From an uncultured Gemmatimonadales bacterium (GTDB taxonomy: Bacteria; Gemmatimonadota; Gemmatimonadetes; Gemmatimonadales; GWC2-71-9): a stretch of DNA of 64,000 nt. Positions 47,157 to 60,536 of the stretch are shown piece after piece. The notes beneath the pieces are model-generated. The model was not told the DNA's origin, did not search any database, and saw only the letters and a list, made by a program, of their open reading frames with translations. The stretch is from the NCBI GenBank assembly GCA_963697435.1, contig CAVOOB010000001.1, positions 142,276-206,275 on the forward strand, read 5' to 3'. Both the position numbers and the translations under genes were made by a program. The first letter of the stretch is position 1. Each line of letters starts with the position of its first letter.

Positions 47157-48110
47157 TCAGCGCGTCGGCGCAGGGACAGGACGTGCCGGCGGCGAGGACG
47201 CCCTGCGGGAGAAGAGGACTCCGCTGACGATCAAGGCGGCGCCTCCAATCTGAATGGGCCGGGGATGCTCGCCGAGAAGCGGCCAGGCGACCAGCATGGC
47301 GATCAATGGAATCATCGAATTGAAGATAGCCGTCCGGCCGCTCCCAACCACGCGGACGGCGTTGTTCCACAGGAGGTAGGCGACGACGATGGCGAGGAGG
47401 GTCGCGTACCAGACGCCGGTCCAGGCCCGGAGGCTCAACCCGCGCCAATCGAGGTCGACCAATCCCGGCCCGCCCAGCAGGAGGAGCCCCGGTGCGCCGG
47501 TCGCCATGGTCCACGCGGTGAGACGGAGCGTTGAGATTCGAAGCCGCATCGCCCGGACCCCCAGTGTGAAGACCGCCCAGCACAGCGTGGCCCCGAAGAT
47601 GGCGATGTCTCCGGCGAGCCGTCCGACACCGAGCTCCACACCCTTCCCCGCCAGGATCAGCGCCACGCCGGCAAAACCCAGAACCCCGCCGGTCACCACC
47701 GGCCGGCGGAGCGCCTCGATGCCCGTGACCGCGCCGAGGAGTGCCACCACCAAGGGTGTCGTGGCGATGATGAGGGAGGCATTGGCCACCGAGGTATGGG
47801 TGAGCCCATACATGAAGAAGACCTGATAGAGCGTGTTGCTCAGCAGTCCCATCCAGACGAGGGTCCACCATGCCTCCCTCGGCAGCGCGATCGACCCCTC
47901 GCGCCACTTCAGCACCAGGAGGAGAATCACCGCGGCCAGGGAGAACCGGAGGCCGGCGAAGCTGAGTCCCGACATCTCGGCGAGCGCCATCTTCATGAAG
48001 CTGAAATTGGCGCCCCAGATGAGGACCACGACCAGCATCGCCACTTCGGCGCGTGCCACCTGCCGGCTCTCGCTCATGGGGCCGCCGGTCCGCTGGTGAG
48101 GCTTCGGCAC
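47157..48110 (-). CDS. DMT-superfamily (EamA-type) transporter
   Basis: Ten-TM-like 317-aa ORF with LIWGANFSFMK and a duplicated EamA-like architecture. An alternative start is at 48077. Confidence 0.8.
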   Translation of the reverse strand: MPKPHQRTGGPMSESRQVARAEVAMLVVVLIWGANFSFMKMALAEMSGLSFAGLRFSLAAVILLLVLKWREGSIALPREAWWTLVWMGLLSNTLYQVFFMYGLTHTSVANASLIIATTPLVVALLGAVTGIEALRRPVVTGGVLGFAGVALILAGKGVELGVGRLAGDIAIFGATLCWAVFTLGVRAMRLRISTLRLTAWTMATGAPGLLLLGGPGLVDLDWRGLSLRAWTGVWYATLLAIVVAYLLWNNAVRVVGSGRTAIFNSMIPLIAMLVAWPLLGEHPRPIQIGGAALIVSGVLFSRRASSPPARPVPAPTR

Positions 48111-48198
48111 TTCACTCGGACGGGCACGCGAGGCGTCATGGCATTAAAATGCTCTCGTTCCGGACTGTTGGCCACCGCCCCCCAACCCGACCCTCATC

Positions 48199-48981
48199 AT
48201 GCCCTACGAGACACTCCTCCTCGACGTGCGCGACGGTATCGCCTTTCTCACCGTCAACCGCCCCGACAAGCTCAACGCCCTCAACGACGCCGTCATCCGC
48301 GATCTCGACCGGGCCGTCGCGCAGATCGAAGACGACGACGCCATCAAGGGCGTCATCCTGACGGGAGCCGGACCCAAGGCGTTCGTGGCCGGCGCCGACA
48401 TCGGTGAGCTGTCCAAGCAGAACCAGATCACCGGCAAGGCTCGCTCGATGCGGGGCCAGGCCGTCTTCCGGCGGCTGGAGCACTGCGGCAAGCCCGTGGT
48501 GGCGGCGGTCAACGGCTTCGCGCTCGGCGGCGGGTGCGAGCTGGCCATGGCCTGCCACCTGCGCGTCGCCAGCGAGAGCGCCACGTTCGGGCAGCCGGAA
48601 ACAAAGCTCGGTATCGGCCCGGGGTATGGCGGCACGGTGCGGCTCCCGAGGCTGGTCGGCAAGGGGCGCGCACTCGACCTGTTGATGACGGCGCGGATGG
48701 TCGGCGCCGAGGAAGCGCTGCAGATGGGGCTCGTCAACCGGGTCGTTCCCGCGGACACGTTGCTGGCGGAATCTGAACAGTTGCTCCGCGGGATCCTGGC
48801 CAACGGCCCGCTCGCGGTCCGGCTCTGTATCGAGGCGGTGGATGCGGGCCTGGAAATGAGCCTGGATGAGGCGCTGCTCCTGGAAGCCAACCATTTTGGC
48901 CTGCTCGCGTCGACCGAGGACATGCGCGAGGGGATGCGTGCCTTCCTCGAGAAGCGCGCGGCATCGTTCCGGGGCAGCTGA
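48199..48981 (+). CDS. Enoyl-CoA hydratase/crotonase family protein
   Basis: 260 aa. GIAFLTVNRPDKLNALN...FVAGADI...AVNGFALGGGCELAMAC. Confidence 0.9.
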   Translation: MPYETLLLDVRDGIAFLTVNRPDKLNALNDAVIRDLDRAVAQIEDDDAIKGVILTGAGPKAFVAGADIGELSKQNQITGKARSMRGQAVFRRLEHCGKPVVAAVNGFALGGGCELAMACHLRVASESATFGQPETKLGIGPGYGGTVRLPRLVGKGRALDLLMTARMVGAEEALQMGLVNRVVPADTLLAESEQLLRGILANGPLAVRLCIEAVDAGLEMSLDEALLLEANHFGLLASTEDMREGMRAFLEKRAASFRGS

Positions 48982-48987
48982 GCCCCC

Positions 48988-50070
48988 GTGCATCTCGACC
49001 GGCTCGTCCTGCGGGGGTTCCGGAACCTCCGCGACCTCGACCACCCTCTCCCCCCGGAGGGGGTGGTCCTCCTTGGGCCCAATGCCCAGGGGAAGACGAA
49101 CTTCCTTGAGGCCATCGGCTACCCAGTGCTCTTCCGGGCCATCCGCGGCGCCACCGACGCGGAAGTCGCCGCGTTCGGCGGCCAGGGGTTTCGCCTCGAG
49201 GCCAGCTTTCACGACGGCGCCCGGAACCGAAGCACCGAGGTGACGTACACCACGGCCAATCGCAAGAAGCGCATTCTGCTGGATGGGGCGCCGGTGTCAC
49301 GGCTCTCGGAGGCGGTCGGCGCATGGGTGGCGGTCGCGTTCCTTCCACGGGACGTGGCACTTGCCGGCGGCCCAGCCACGGAGCGGCGGCAGTACCTCGA
49401 CCGGATGCTGTCCCTCGCCTTCCCCGACTACCTCCGCGCACTCTCCCGCTTCCGGGCGGCACTCGCCCAGCGCAACGCGGCGCTCCGGCAGGGGCAGGAA
49501 CCGCTGGCACGCGCCTTCGACGCCCCGCTGGCGGCGGCTGGGAGTGAGGTGACCGCCCTCCGCCTGCGCTGGGTGGCCGGCGCCGCCGCCCGATTTGCGG
49601 AAGGGTTTGCGTCGCTCGGCGAGCAGGGGCCGACCGGGTTGTCGTACCGCGCCGATGCGGCGCTTGCGGACCCGGCAGGCTGGGAGGAGGCGCTGCATCG
49701 CGTCCGGGTTCGCGACCTCGGCCGCGGGATGACCACCATCGGGCCACACCGGGACGACCTGATCATGACGGTCGACGGCCGGTCGCTGCGCGACTTCGGC
49801 TCGACAGGGCAACTGCGCAGCGCCGCCGTGGCACTGCGACTCCTCGAGCTCCGGACGATCGAAGAAGCGCGCGGAGTGCCCCCCGCCCTGCTCCTCGACG
49901 ATGTCTTCGCCGAACTGGATGCCGATCGCCAGGCGCGGCTCGCCGACCGGCTGCTCGCCCAGCCGGTGGGCCAGGTGTTCGTCACCGCTCCACGGCGGGA
50001 CGAACTCCCGTCGGGATTGCAATTGCCGATCTGGAAGGTCCACCAGGGCGTCGTGACGGAGGCCGCGTGA
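48988..50070 (+). CDS. recF: DNA replication and repair protein RecF
   Basis: GTG start. LRGFRNL...LLGPNAQGKTNFLEAI Walker A. ...LLLDDVFAELD Walker B. Confidence 0.93.
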   Translation: MHLDRLVLRGFRNLRDLDHPLPPEGVVLLGPNAQGKTNFLEAIGYPVLFRAIRGATDAEVAAFGGQGFRLEASFHDGARNRSTEVTYTTANRKKRILLDGAPVSRLSEAVGAWVAVAFLPRDVALAGGPATERRQYLDRMLSLAFPDYLRALSRFRAALAQRNAALRQGQEPLARAFDAPLAAAGSEVTALRLRWVAGAAARFAEGFASLGEQGPTGLSYRADAALADPAGWEEALHRVRVRDLGRGMTTIGPHRDDLIMTVDGRSLRDFGSTGQLRSAAVALRLLELRTIEEARGVPPALLLDDVFAELDADRQARLADRLLAQPVGQVFVTAPRRDELPSGLQLPIWKVHQGVVTEAA

Positions 50071-50405
50071 AGCGGCGACCCGACCACTCGGGAAAGAAGC
50101 GGCCCCTGACCCCGCTCGCGCAGGTGCTCGAGGAGTACCTGGGTTCGTCGGGCCTCGGGAGAGGCGTAGAACGGGCGGAGGTCGTCCAGCGGTGGCCGGA
50201 ACTCGTGGGGCCCCAGATCGCGGCGGTCACCCAGGCGGAGTCGGTGTCGGAAGACGGGGTGCTCCGGGTACGGGTCGCGACGGCGCCGTGGGCGAGCGAA
50301 TTGAGCCTGATGACTCCACGTATCCTCGCTCGCGTCAATGCGGGCCGGACAGGGCGCATCAACTCGATCCGGTGGATTGCAGGGCCGCTGGATCGACGGG
50401 ACTGA
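50067..50405 (+). CDS. DUF721 (DciA-like) protein
   Basis: 112 aa. Overlaps the recF stop. It occupies the typical position between recF and gyrB. WPELVGPQIAAVT...VLRVRVATAPWASEL pattern. Confidence 0.75.
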   Translation: MKRRPDHSGKKRPLTPLAQVLEEYLGSSGLGRGVERAEVVQRWPELVGPQIAAVTQAESVSEDGVLRVRVATAPWASELSLMTPRILARVNAGRTGRINSIRWIAGPLDRRD

Positions 50406-50544
50406 GGACTGCAAACGCCGTACAAGAGGCGAAGACCGGCCGGTTCTGAAGGCACGTGAGTTCACAGGGACCCTCACTGCGCGATCCAACCGCCGCGCGT
50501 GAACTCCAGTGCGGGAGGAGCCGGTCGGGCAAGTGTGCAGAGCC

Positions 50545-50949
50545 CTACGCCGCCGCCGCGCCCGTCCCGTAGATCCCGCCGACGACCGCGCCATATACCA
50601 TATGACCGATCAGGCTCCCCATCCAGCCGGCGAACATCCCCATCCCCATCATCGGCATGACGACGACCATGGCCATCAGCCACGGGGCCAGCCCGTAGAT
50701 AGCGCCGCGCATCGGGGCCGGACCGGGGAGCCTGCTCGCGACAACCGCATACCCGAGGGCGAGAATGACCCCGATCATGAGATGCGCCATCCACCCGGCC
50801 AGCAGCATCCCGCCCATCTGCATTGCGAGCATGTCGGCCGGGTTCATCGGCGGCATCCCCATCACCGGCGCCACATAGAGTCCGACGCCGGTCATCACCA
50901 GCGTACCCACGATACCGGCCAGGATGGCCTTGCCCCAATTGATTTGCAT
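50545..50949 (-). CDS. Small Met/Gly-rich integral membrane protein
   Basis: 134 aa from ATG 50949, preceded by a GGAGGAG RBS. Four predicted hydrophobic helices. Confidence 0.6.
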   Translation of the reverse strand: MQINWGKAILAGIVGTLVMTGVGLYVAPVMGMPPMNPADMLAMQMGGMLLAGWMAHLMIGVILALGYAVVASRLPGPAPMRGAIYGLAPWLMAMVVVMPMMGMGMFAGWMGSLIGHMVYGAVVGGIYGTGAAAA

Positions 50950-51040
50950 GAAATCTCCTCCGGGAGGATGAAGTGACTCGTCTCTCCCTACCAAGCCGAC
51001 CCGGCTCGGAATAGTTCCCGAGGCTGACGCCACCGGCACG

Positions 51041-51066
51041 GGAACAATTGGGGGGCGCAGGGTGTT
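51041..51066 (+). promoter_or_regulatory. Candidate ECF (SigR-type) promoter GGAAC-N18-GTT
   Basis: ggaac (51041..51045), then 18 nt, then gtt (51064..51066). It lies upstream of the ytxJ-like / sigma / anti-sigma genes. Confidence 0.4.
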
Positions 51067-51081
51067 TCTCTCACATGGCGG

Positions 51082-51504
51082 GTGAGGCGACGACGTACGA
51101 GACCATTTTCGAGGGGGGACGGCGTGACGATTCAGCGGTTCGGTGATCCGGATGTCCCCGCCTGGCCGGAGGTGCTCCGCTCCGCGCCGCTGCTCGTGCT
51201 GTACAAGCACAGCCCCATCTGCATGACGTCCTCCGTGGCGCGGTCGGAGATGCAGGCCCTCCACAAGGCGCGCCCGACCCTCCCCATCTACCAGGTCGAC
51301 GTCATCCGCGAGCGCGGGCTGGCGCACCGGATGGCCGCCGACCTCCAGGTGCGACATGAGTCGCCCCAGGTGCTCGTGGTTCGTGAGGGCCGGGTCGTCT
51401 GGCATACCTCTCATTTTGCCATCAAGGCGGGCACGCTGCTCGCCCAGATCGACCGTGTACAGCAGCGGCACGACGCGCCGGCCTCCGAGGCCGTATCCCG
51501 CTGA
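51082..51504 (+). CDS. YtxJ/BrxC-like monothiol thioredoxin-fold protein (DUF2847)
   Basis: LLVLYKHSPICMTS...VRHESPQVLVVREGRVVWHTSHFAI pattern. A more likely start is GTG 51124 (MTIQRF), preceded by GAGGGGGG. Confidence 0.7.
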   Translation: MRRRRTRPFSRGDGVTIQRFGDPDVPAWPEVLRSAPLLVLYKHSPICMTSSVARSEMQALHKARPTLPIYQVDVIRERGLAHRMAADLQVRHESPQVLVVREGRVVWHTSHFAIKAGTLLAQIDRVQQRHDAPASEAVSR

Positions 51505-52088
51505 TGCACAGTTCGGATCGAGACGCCCTGTTCCGCGCCGAAGCCCTCCCCTGCTTCGCGGACGTGGCGCGCTATGCGCTTTCCCTCACCCTGGACCGCG
51601 ACGAGGCGGATGACTTGACCCAGGAGACCTACCTCCGGGCGTTCCGGTCCTGGCATCAGTACACCCCGGGCACCGAATGCCGACGGTGGCTCTTCACGAT
51701 TTGCCGCAACCTCTTTCTCCGGGCGCGGGAACAGGCGAGCCGGATGACCTCGTATGACGATCCGGCGGTGGAGGCGCTCGCGGCGGCCTCCGTGCATGCC
51801 TCGGCGGTGCATGCAGGGCGGTCAGACATCTTCGATCGCGTGGACCTCGGGGACGCCCTCAGACAGGCACTGGCTGGACTGGCAGAACCGTTCCGCGAGG
51901 CGGTGGTGAGCGTCGATCACCTGGACCTCACCTACGAGGCGGCCTCGGAGCTCCTGGGCGTGCCAATCGGGACCGTCCGCTCGCGGCTGTTCCGCGGGCG
52001 GCGCCTCCTGCAGGAGCAGTTGTTGACCTTTGCCAGCGACGCCGGCCTGACAACGGAGCGGCGGGATTCACAGGGAGAGGCATCATGA
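51504..52088 (+). CDS. ECF-type RNA polymerase sigma-70 factor
   Basis: 194 aa. Region 2 DDLTQETYLRAFRSW. Region 4 EAASELLGVPIGTVRSRLFRGR. Confidence 0.9.
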   Translation: MHSSDRDALFRAEALPCFADVARYALSLTLDRDEADDLTQETYLRAFRSWHQYTPGTECRRWLFTICRNLFLRAREQASRMTSYDDPAVEALAAASVHASAVHAGRSDIFDRVDLGDALRQALAGLAEPFREAVVSVDHLDLTYEAASELLGVPIGTVRSRLFRGRRLLQEQLLTFASDAGLTTERRDSQGEAS

Positions 52089-52354
52089 TGCCGATGGACG
52101 GGATGGTTGACTGCGATGCCGTAATGCGGCAGCTCTGGGACTACCTCGATGGTGAGCTGACCCCCGAGCGCATGGAGCAGATCGGCGCCCATCTGGCGGT
52201 GTGCCAGCGCTGCTTTCCGCAATACCAGTTCGAGCGGGCATTTCTGGACGTGTTGTCCGCCGCCAGGAAGGACCACCCGGCGCTCGATCAGCTCCGCCGG
52301 CGGGTGCTGGCCGCCCTCGAGGACGAGGGGATGTCAGGGGACCTAATGGCTTGA
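52085..52354 (+). CDS. Zinc-binding anti-sigma factor (ZAS, RsrA-like)
   Basis: 89 aa. Overlaps the sigma gene stop. HLAVCQRC matches HxxxCxxC, with an upstream Cys (VDCDAV). Confidence 0.8.
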   Translation: MMPMDGMVDCDAVMRQLWDYLDGELTPERMEQIGAHLAVCQRCFPQYQFERAFLDVLSAARKDHPALDQLRRRVLAALEDEGMSGDLMA

Positions 52355-52432
52355 CCAGTAAAGGTTTACCGTCTATTGTTCAGGGCACCGCCGGCCCCCA
52401 TTCCGGCCCACCCTGAACCAGGCTTCACACAT

Positions 52433-54373
52433 ATGGCAGACGAGCGACCGGCTGGACCGAAGGGGCAGAATTACGGCGCAGGATCCATTCAGGTCTTGAA
52501 GGGGTTGGAAGCGGTCCGGAAGCGGCCCGCCATGTACATCGGGTCGACCGGAGAGAACGGGTTGCACCACCTGGTCTACGAAGTGGTGGACAACTCGATT
52601 GACGAGGCACTGGCCGGCTTCTGCGACCAGGTGACCGTCACCATCAAGAAGGACAACGTCGTATCGGTGACCGACAACGGTCGCGGCATTCCGGTCGACA
52701 TCCATCCCATCGAGAAGATTCCCGGCGTCGAACTCGCGCTGACGGTCCTCCACGCCGGCGGCAAGTTCGACAAGTCCACCTACAAGGTCTCCGGCGGCCT
52801 GCATGGCGTCGGCGTCTCGGTGGTCAACGCCCTCTCCGAGCGGTTGGAGGTGGTGGTCGACCGCGACGGCAACCGGCATCATATGGCGTTCGCCCGCGGC
52901 AAGACCACCAAGCCGCTCAGCGTGCTCGGCAAGGCGAAGGGGACCGGCACCACCGTCACCTTCAAGCCCGACCCCGAGATGTTCTCGGTGCTCGAGTTCA
53001 GCTACACCACGCTGGCCGACCGGCTGCGCCAGCTCTCCTTCCTCAACAAGGGGATCACCATCGTCCTCCGCGACGAGCGGAAGGACGAGGTGCAGGAGGA
53101 GAAGTTCTTCGCCAAGGGCGGACTGGTGCAGTTCGTGGAGTGGCTGAACCGCAACAAGAAGCCGCTCCATCCGAAGGTCATCTCATTCCTGGCCGTCAAG
53201 GACGACATCGAGGTGGATTGTGCCCTGCAATACACGGACGGCTACAACGAGAACACATTCACCTTCGTCAACAACATCAACACGCACGAAGGCGGCACCC
53301 ACCTCACCGGATTCAAGTCGGCACTCACCCGGACGGTCAACGAAGCGGCGAAGCGCGCCGGCGCCCTGAAGAAGGCCGACTTCACCCTCTCCGGCGACGA
53401 CGTTCGCGAGGGCATGACCTGCGTGCTCCACGTGAAGGTCAAGGAGCCGCAGTTCGAGGGGCAGACCAAGACGAAGCTCGGCAATTCCGAGGTCGAGGGG
53501 ATCGTCCGCCAGGTCGTCAATGAGCACCTCGGCTCCTACCTCGAGGAGCACCCGCCGGTGGTGCGCGCCATCCTCGACAAGGCTGTCAGCGCGGCCTTGG
53601 CCCGGGAGGCGGCCCGCAAGGCCCGCGACCTGGTCCGGAAGAAGTCCGGGCTCGAGAACGCCGTCCTCCCCGGCAAGCTGGCCGACTGTTCCCTCGACGA
53701 CCCGACGCTGTGCGAGATCTACCTGGTCGAGGGCGACTCGGCCGGCGGCAGTGCCAAGCAGGGCCGCAACCGCGCGTTCCAGGCCATCCTCCCCCTCCGT
53801 GGCAAGATCCTGAACGTCGAGCGCGCTCGCATCGACAAGATCCTCAGCAACGAAGAAATCAGGTCGATGATCACCGCCATCGGCGCGGGGGTCCGCGAGG
53901 AATTCAAGCTGGAGGACGTGCGGTACAACAAGATCATCCTGATGACCGACGCCGACGTGGACGGTGCGCACATCCGGACGCTGCTGCTGACCTTCTTCTT
54001 CCGGCAGATGCCCGAATTGATCGATGCGGGCTACGTGTACATCGCCCAGCCGCCTCTCTACCGTGTGGCCAAGGGCAAGGAGGAGTACTATGCCTACACC
54101 GAGGCCGAGAAGGACGAGTACGCAAAGCGGCTCGGCGCCGACGAGGGCAAGACCGGCATCATGATCCAGCGCTACAAGGGCCTCGGCGAGATGAACCCCG
54201 AGCAGCTCTGGAGCACCACGATGGACCCGGAAAAGCGGACGGTGCTGCGGGTAACGCTCGATGATGCGGTGGAGGCCAGCAACCTGTTCGAGGAGTTGAT
54301 GGGCGACGAGGTCGAGCCGCGCCGCGCCTTCATCGAACGCAACGCGCACTATGTGACCAATCTCGACGTCTGA
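52433..54373 (+). CDS. gyrB: DNA gyrase subunit B
   Basis: MADERPAG...YGAGSIQVLKGLEAVRKRPAMYIG, GLHHLVYEVVDNSIDEA, LHGVG, EGDSAGG, PLRGKILNV, DADVDGAHI. Confidence 0.97.
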   Translation: MADERPAGPKGQNYGAGSIQVLKGLEAVRKRPAMYIGSTGENGLHHLVYEVVDNSIDEALAGFCDQVTVTIKKDNVVSVTDNGRGIPVDIHPIEKIPGVELALTVLHAGGKFDKSTYKVSGGLHGVGVSVVNALSERLEVVVDRDGNRHHMAFARGKTTKPLSVLGKAKGTGTTVTFKPDPEMFSVLEFSYTTLADRLRQLSFLNKGITIVLRDERKDEVQEEKFFAKGGLVQFVEWLNRNKKPLHPKVISFLAVKDDIEVDCALQYTDGYNENTFTFVNNINTHEGGTHLTGFKSALTRTVNEAAKRAGALKKADFTLSGDDVREGMTCVLHVKVKEPQFEGQTKTKLGNSEVEGIVRQVVNEHLGSYLEEHPPVVRAILDKAVSAALAREAARKARDLVRKKSGLENAVLPGKLADCSLDDPTLCEIYLVEGDSAGGSAKQGRNRAFQAILPLRGKILNVERARIDKILSNEEIRSMITAIGAGVREEFKLEDVRYNKIILMTDADVDGAHIRTLLLTFFFRQMPELIDAGYVYIAQPPLYRVAKGKEEYYAYTEAEKDEYAKRLGADEGKTGIMIQRYKGLGEMNPEQLWSTTMDPEKRTVLRVTLDDAVEASNLFEELMGDEVEPRRAFIERNAHYVTNLDV

Positions 54374-54398
54374 CGCGACCCGGCAGCGGCCTGTGCAC

Positions 54399-54427
54399 GC
54401 GCCCCCAGCGGATTTCGCCGGGGGCGC
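54399..54427. terminator. Bidirectional hairpin after gyrB
   Basis: gcgccccc (54399..54406) pairs with gggggcgc (54420..54427), followed by ttcgt. Confidence 0.55.
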
Positions 54428-54462
54428 TTCGTAGAGCAGTGACGGGAACTCGCACAGGGGCC

Positions 54463-54900
54463 CTACGCCCGCAAGTAGTCGCCCCGCCACTCCTTGACCA
54501 TCCCCTTGATGAGCTTCTGATCGGTGATCCGCTCGTCGAGCACCCGCTTGGCCAGGGTCGGCAGTTCGCCGTCGGAGGCGAACCGCAATGCCACCAGTTG
54601 CTCCGGCGCGAACTCCATGATCCGCGGCTTGAGCTCCGCGGGAAGCAGCTGCTCCATCCTGAGCCGCTCCTCGAGGCGAATCACGCGGTCCTGCACCGTG
54701 ACGGCAAAGGCCCGCATATACCAGAACATGAAGAAGAGCGTGACGGCGTAGACGACTCCGAGGGCCGTGCCGAGGCCCGGCCGAACCGCCAGATAGTAGA
54801 TCTGGGCACCGAGGATCAGCAGCAGGAGCGCCGCCAGGACGAAATGGAATCCGGGGACATAACGCGCGTGATTCGAGAAGTTCTGTGATCGGTCGGCCAT
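54463..54900 (-). CDS. Conserved membrane protein (resembles DUF6526 from memory)
   Basis: MADRSQNFSNHARYVPGFHFVLAALLLLILGAQIYY..., two TM helices and a soluble C-terminus. Confidence 0.6.
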   Translation of the reverse strand: MADRSQNFSNHARYVPGFHFVLAALLLLILGAQIYYLAVRPGLGTALGVVYAVTLFFMFWYMRAFAVTVQDRVIRLEERLRMEQLLPAELKPRIMEFAPEQLVALRFASDGELPTLAKRVLDERITDQKLIKGMVKEWRGDYLRA

Positions 54901-54934
54901 GGATACCCCGAGTGAATGGTGGACGACAGCGGGA

Positions 54935-56275
54935 TCAGATCGCCAGGTCTTCGACTCCGTCAACGGTCACACGATGCGACACCAGTGGGCGCGGTGCCGA
55001 AGGGCCTTCCGCGATGACGATTGCCTCCGACAGCGCCGCCTCCCCTGCCAGCAATCCAACCTCGTCGCGCGCGTAGATGGTCGCAAGGGGTTGCCCCGCC
55101 ACCACCTCGTCCCCCGGGCGCACGGTGATGACAAACCCGACAGTCGGGTCGACGGTGTCCTCCACCCGCGATCGGCCCCCGCCCATCGCATGCACGCCCA
55201 GCCCGACCGGCTTCGGGTGAATCGCCGTGATCCGGCCGCTGGAGGATGCGGCATACACCGCGGAGTGCGCGGCCTGGGGGAGTGCGGCGGGGTCCTCAAC
55301 GAGGGCCGGGTTGCCGCCCTGCGCTTCTATAATCTCCGCAAACTTCCGCAACGCCGCGCCGGAGGCGATCGTGTCCTGGAGGCGGCGTCGCGCGGCCGTG
55401 TCGTCCTGCTCGAGCCCGGCCGCCTTCAGCATCTCCACGCCCAGCGCCAGCGTCACCCGCATGAGATCGCCCGGCCCTTCGCCCCGGAGCGCGAGCAGGC
55501 ATTCCTCGACCTCGAGCGCGTTGCCACAGGCGTTGCCCAACGGGCGATCCATCGCCGTCACGAGGGCGACCGTGCGCACGCCACTCGCCTCGCCGAGGTC
55601 GATCATTGTCCGTGCAAGGTCGATCGCGTCGGACTCCATGGGGAGAAAGGCCCCGCTCCCGGCCTTGACGTCGAGCACCAGCGCATGGAGCCCCTCAGCG
55701 AGCTTCTTCGACATGATGCTGGCGGCGATAAGCGGCACGGAGGGGACCGTTCCGGTCACGTCGCGGAGGGCGTAGAGTCGCCGGTCGACCGGGGCGATTT
55801 CCCGGGTCTGTCCGAAGAGGGCACATCCGAGACGTCGCACCTGCGCTTCTGCATCCCGAAGCGTGAGTCGGGTCGAGAAGCCCGGAATGGACTCCAGCTT
55901 GTCGAGCGTCCCGCCGGTGTGGCCGAGCCCCCGACCGGACATCATCGGGACAGCCGCCCCGCAACAGGCGAGCATCGGAGCCAGGAGGAGCGAGGTCTTG
56001 TCGCCGACTCCGCCGGTGGAGTGCTTGTCGACCCGCGGTACCTCCCAGCCATCGAAATGGAGCTGGTCCCCCGAGGCGAGCATGGCTGCGGTGAACTCTG
56101 CGAGCTCCGCGCTGGACAGTCCACGCCAGACGACGGCCATCAGGAGGGCCGACATCTGGTAGTCGGGGATCTCCTCCGCGGCGTACGCGCGCACGATTGC
56201 CGCCCAGGTGCCAGGCGGGAGCTCGCCCCCCTCTCGCTTGCATTCGATGAGCGATGGAATCACCATTAAGGACAT
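54935..56275 (-). CDS. deoA: Thymidine/pyrimidine-nucleoside phosphorylase
   Basis: IIEKKR-like start (LIECKREGGEL), DKHSTGGVGDKTSL, SGRGLGHTGGTLDKLESIPG. Confidence 0.9.
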   Translation of the reverse strand: MSLMVIPSLIECKREGGELPPGTWAAIVRAYAAEEIPDYQMSALLMAVVWRGLSSAELAEFTAAMLASGDQLHFDGWEVPRVDKHSTGGVGDKTSLLLAPMLACCGAAVPMMSGRGLGHTGGTLDKLESIPGFSTRLTLRDAEAQVRRLGCALFGQTREIAPVDRRLYALRDVTGTVPSVPLIAASIMSKKLAEGLHALVLDVKAGSGAFLPMESDAIDLARTMIDLGEASGVRTVALVTAMDRPLGNACGNALEVEECLLALRGEGPGDLMRVTLALGVEMLKAAGLEQDDTAARRRLQDTIASGAALRKFAEIIEAQGGNPALVEDPAALPQAAHSAVYAASSSGRITAIHPKPVGLGVHAMGGGRSRVEDTVDPTVGFVITVRPGDEVVAGQPLATIYARDEVGLLAGEAALSEAIVIAEGPSAPRPLVSHRVTVDGVEDLAI

Positions 56276-56312
56276 CCTCCCGAACCGCTGGACCCCCACG
56301 CCCGGAGTTGTA

Positions 56313-59892
<3,580 letters not shown>

Positions 59893-59913
59893 TCTTCCGG
59901 CGAGGAGAATCCC

Positions 59914-60486
59914 ATGACGAGCCCTGCCCCGTTTTCCCAGTATCAGTGCCTCGGCCTCGGCCGGCGTGCCCTGCACCAGCTCCGCGCCAGCCTCGATCGC
60001 GATCGGGGTGTACAGACGGCCGCGCTCCTCCAGGAAGCCGGCGTGGCCGGCGGCGAGGGGCTCTTCAGCGCCTTCAGTGCCTGGCTCCAGACGGCGTACG
60101 GCGTGGTCCAGCCAGGCGACCTCGACGCCGCCTACCTGCCAGAGGCGCTGAAGGGCTTCTTCGGGGATTATGGGTGGGGGACGCTGGCGGTCAGCGAACT
60201 GGCGCCCGCGGTCATGGCGCTCGACAGCGAGGACTGGGCGGAAGCCGCCCCGGACCAGGGGAGTTCCTACCCCGCCTGCCACCTGACCAGCGGGATGCTC
60301 GCCGACTTCCTCGGCCGGATGGCCGAAAGCCAGGTCGCGGTGATGGAGGTCGAGTGCCGCACGCGGGGCGACGACAAGTGCCGATTCCTCGTCGGCGCCC
60401 CGGACTCCCTCTCGGTGCTCTACGACCGGATGTCCCGGGGGCTGACATACGTCGAGGCGCTCGGTCCGGTGCCGAGCGCCTCGTAG
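59914..60486 (+). CDS. V4R-domain protein
   Basis: 190 aa. C-terminus: CHLTSGMLADFLGRMAESQVAVMEVECRTRGDDKCRFLV, typical of V4R small-molecule-binding domains. Confidence 0.6.
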   Translation: MTSPAPFSQYQCLGLGRRALHQLRASLDRDRGVQTAALLQEAGVAGGEGLFSAFSAWLQTAYGVVQPGDLDAAYLPEALKGFFGDYGWGTLAVSELAPAVMALDSEDWAEAAPDQGSSYPACHLTSGMLADFLGRMAESQVAVMEVECRTRGDDKCRFLVGAPDSLSVLYDRMSRGLTYVEALGPVPSAS

Positions 60487-60536
60487 CGGGCGCCCCCCCG
60501 GGGACGCACCGCGATGCGCCCCTGCGGGGGCCGACG

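Noticed and set aside
48988-54373. A replication origin (oriC) near recF...gyrB
   Set aside because: dnaA and dnaN are absent: an enoyl-CoA hydratase gene precedes recF. I noticed no cluster of TTATCCACA-like boxes or an A/T-rich unwinding element in the short intergenic spacers.
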